A stretch of 16,583 nucleotides of DNA from Gemmatimonadota bacterium (GTDB taxonomy: Bacteria; Latescibacterota; UBA2968; UBA8231), in NCBI GenBank assembly GCA_038153405.1, contig JAYOYH010000070.1, positions 2,632 to 19,214 on the forward strand, read 5' to 3'. Within the stretch, counting starts at the first letter, position 1. Each line of letters starts with the position of its first letter. Shown here in pieces: positions 15,535-16,583 of this stretch. The translations under genes were made by a program, and so were the position numbers. Under the pieces are notes generated by a model. That model saw nothing but the letters and a program-made list of their open reading frames with translations. It was not told where the DNA came from and ran no database searches.

Positions 15535-16583
15535 ATGTCTACAGACCGTTTTAGCAGGACCGTCGCCGCCTATGCCGACGCGGTTTTAGCGCACTGCGCG
15601 CAGGCCGAACTGCTGGCCGACGGCCTCGACCTGCAAACGCGTCAGGCCATTCTCTGGGGCGGTGAGTCCCTTTCCAATTTGGCCTGTCAGCAAAACTTCC
15701 TGCGCACGCTCGACGGACTGAACGCGCTCGGTTTAGCGAACTACGGCGCGCGTGCCGACGAGTGGATCGGCGCAGCCTTTGCCAAATTGCGCGATCCGTC
15801 CTCCGATCTGCTCTACTGGGGCGGCCACACCAGCTACGATCTGATCAACGATGCGCCCGTTATTGGCAACCACGAGCTCAAGTGCGTCTACCCGCACTAT
15901 GCCTACTTATACAGAGTGGATGCCGAAGCAACGCGGCGCTTTGTCGAGGCCTTCTGGCACGCCCACATTTGGGATTGGTCGACACTCCTTTTTAACCGCC
16001 ACGGCGAGTTTTCCGAATGGGAAGAAAAATGGCACGCGCCCTTTGCCGGCGGCCCCGTGCCCATCGTCGAAAACACGGCGCTGTCCTTTATCAATACCGG
16101 CAGTGACCTGATCCTGAGCGGCGGGCTGCTGCACGCCCTGTCGGGGAACGAGACGCCGCGGCGCGCTGCTGTCGCGCTGCTGTCGCGCTACGACCAGATA
16201 CGCCACCCCGAGACCGGGCTGGCCGGCTACCAGTTCAACCACCGCGATCCCTGCCGCGTGCGCGCCTCGTTCAAGAGCCCTCACGCCGAGCGCGACGACC
16301 TCAACGAAACCAGCGTGTTGACCAACGGCGTTATAAAAACGCGCTACGGGCGCGTCGCCGTTGCGCTGTGCAACCTTAGCGCCGCGCTGGGCGAGGAAAA
16401 GAGCGCACCCTTTCGCCAGTTCGTGCAGCGGGACCTGCGCGGCCTAGCCGAGCACTGCTACGACGCGCAAACGCACTGCTTCTATCCGGCGCTTAACGAC
16501 GGCACGCGCCTGCTGCCTGAATACGCCAACGAGGGCGTAGGCTACTGCCCACCGCAAAAGCTGCAGCCGGTGCCGGCCGACGG
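15535..16583 (+). CDS. Polysaccharide lyase family 2 pectate lyase (PelW-like), 3' end outside the window
   Basis: Translated by hand from ATG 15535 (SD AGGAG), open for 349 codons to the edge. PL2 motifs LLADG, SNLACQQNFLR, LLYWGGH, HELK, FVEAFWHAHIWDW…NRHG, LSFINTGSDLI, RHPETGLAGYQF. No signal peptide. Confidence 0.85.
   Translation, partial: MSTDRFSRTVAAYADAVLAHCAQAELLADGLDLQTRQAILWGGESLSNLACQQNFLRTLDGLNALGLANYGARADEWIGAAFAKLRDPSSDLLYWGGHTSYDLINDAPVIGNHELKCVYPHYAYLYRVDAEATRRFVEAFWHAHIWDWSTLLFNRHGEFSEWEEKWHAPFAGGPVPIVENTALSFINTGSDLILSGGLLHALSGNETPRRAAVALLSRYDQIRHPETGLAGYQFNHRDPCRVRASFKSPHAERDDLNETSVLTNGVIKTRYGRVAVALCNLSAALGEEKSAPFRQFVQRDLRGLAEHCYDAQTHCFYPALNDGTRLLPEYANEGVGYCPPQKLQPVPAD

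Overview
GC-rich bacterial chromosomal window with 13 coding features and no RNA genes, mobile elements or CRISPR arrays that I can detect. The left half (minus strand) is a five-gene, translationally coupled operon: thioredoxin - TolC-family channel - RND membrane-fusion lipoprotein - RND permease - PAS/AAA+/Fis sigma54 activator. Upstream of it I can read a sigma54 -24/-12 promoter, an AT-rich IHF-like tract and a perfect palindromic candidate enhancer. Downstream, a second near-consensus sigma54 promoter precedes a coiled-coil protein with 54-bp tandem repeats that runs off the window and is missing from the ORF track. The middle holds a GT-C (ArnT/PMT-like) glycosyltransferase with a TPR-like tail, an EamA/DMT transporter and a PhyH-family dioxygenase lacking the HxD carboxylate. 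The right half (plus strand) has a Gfo/Idh/MocA-like oxidoreductase, a 71-aa apparent remnant of a CBM9-like protein, an ABC exporter whose natural N-terminus begins at ACG, a bidirectional terminator, and a probably cytoplasmic PL2 pectate lyase that also runs off the window and is missing from the ORF track. Family assignments come from motif recognition only; no searches were run.
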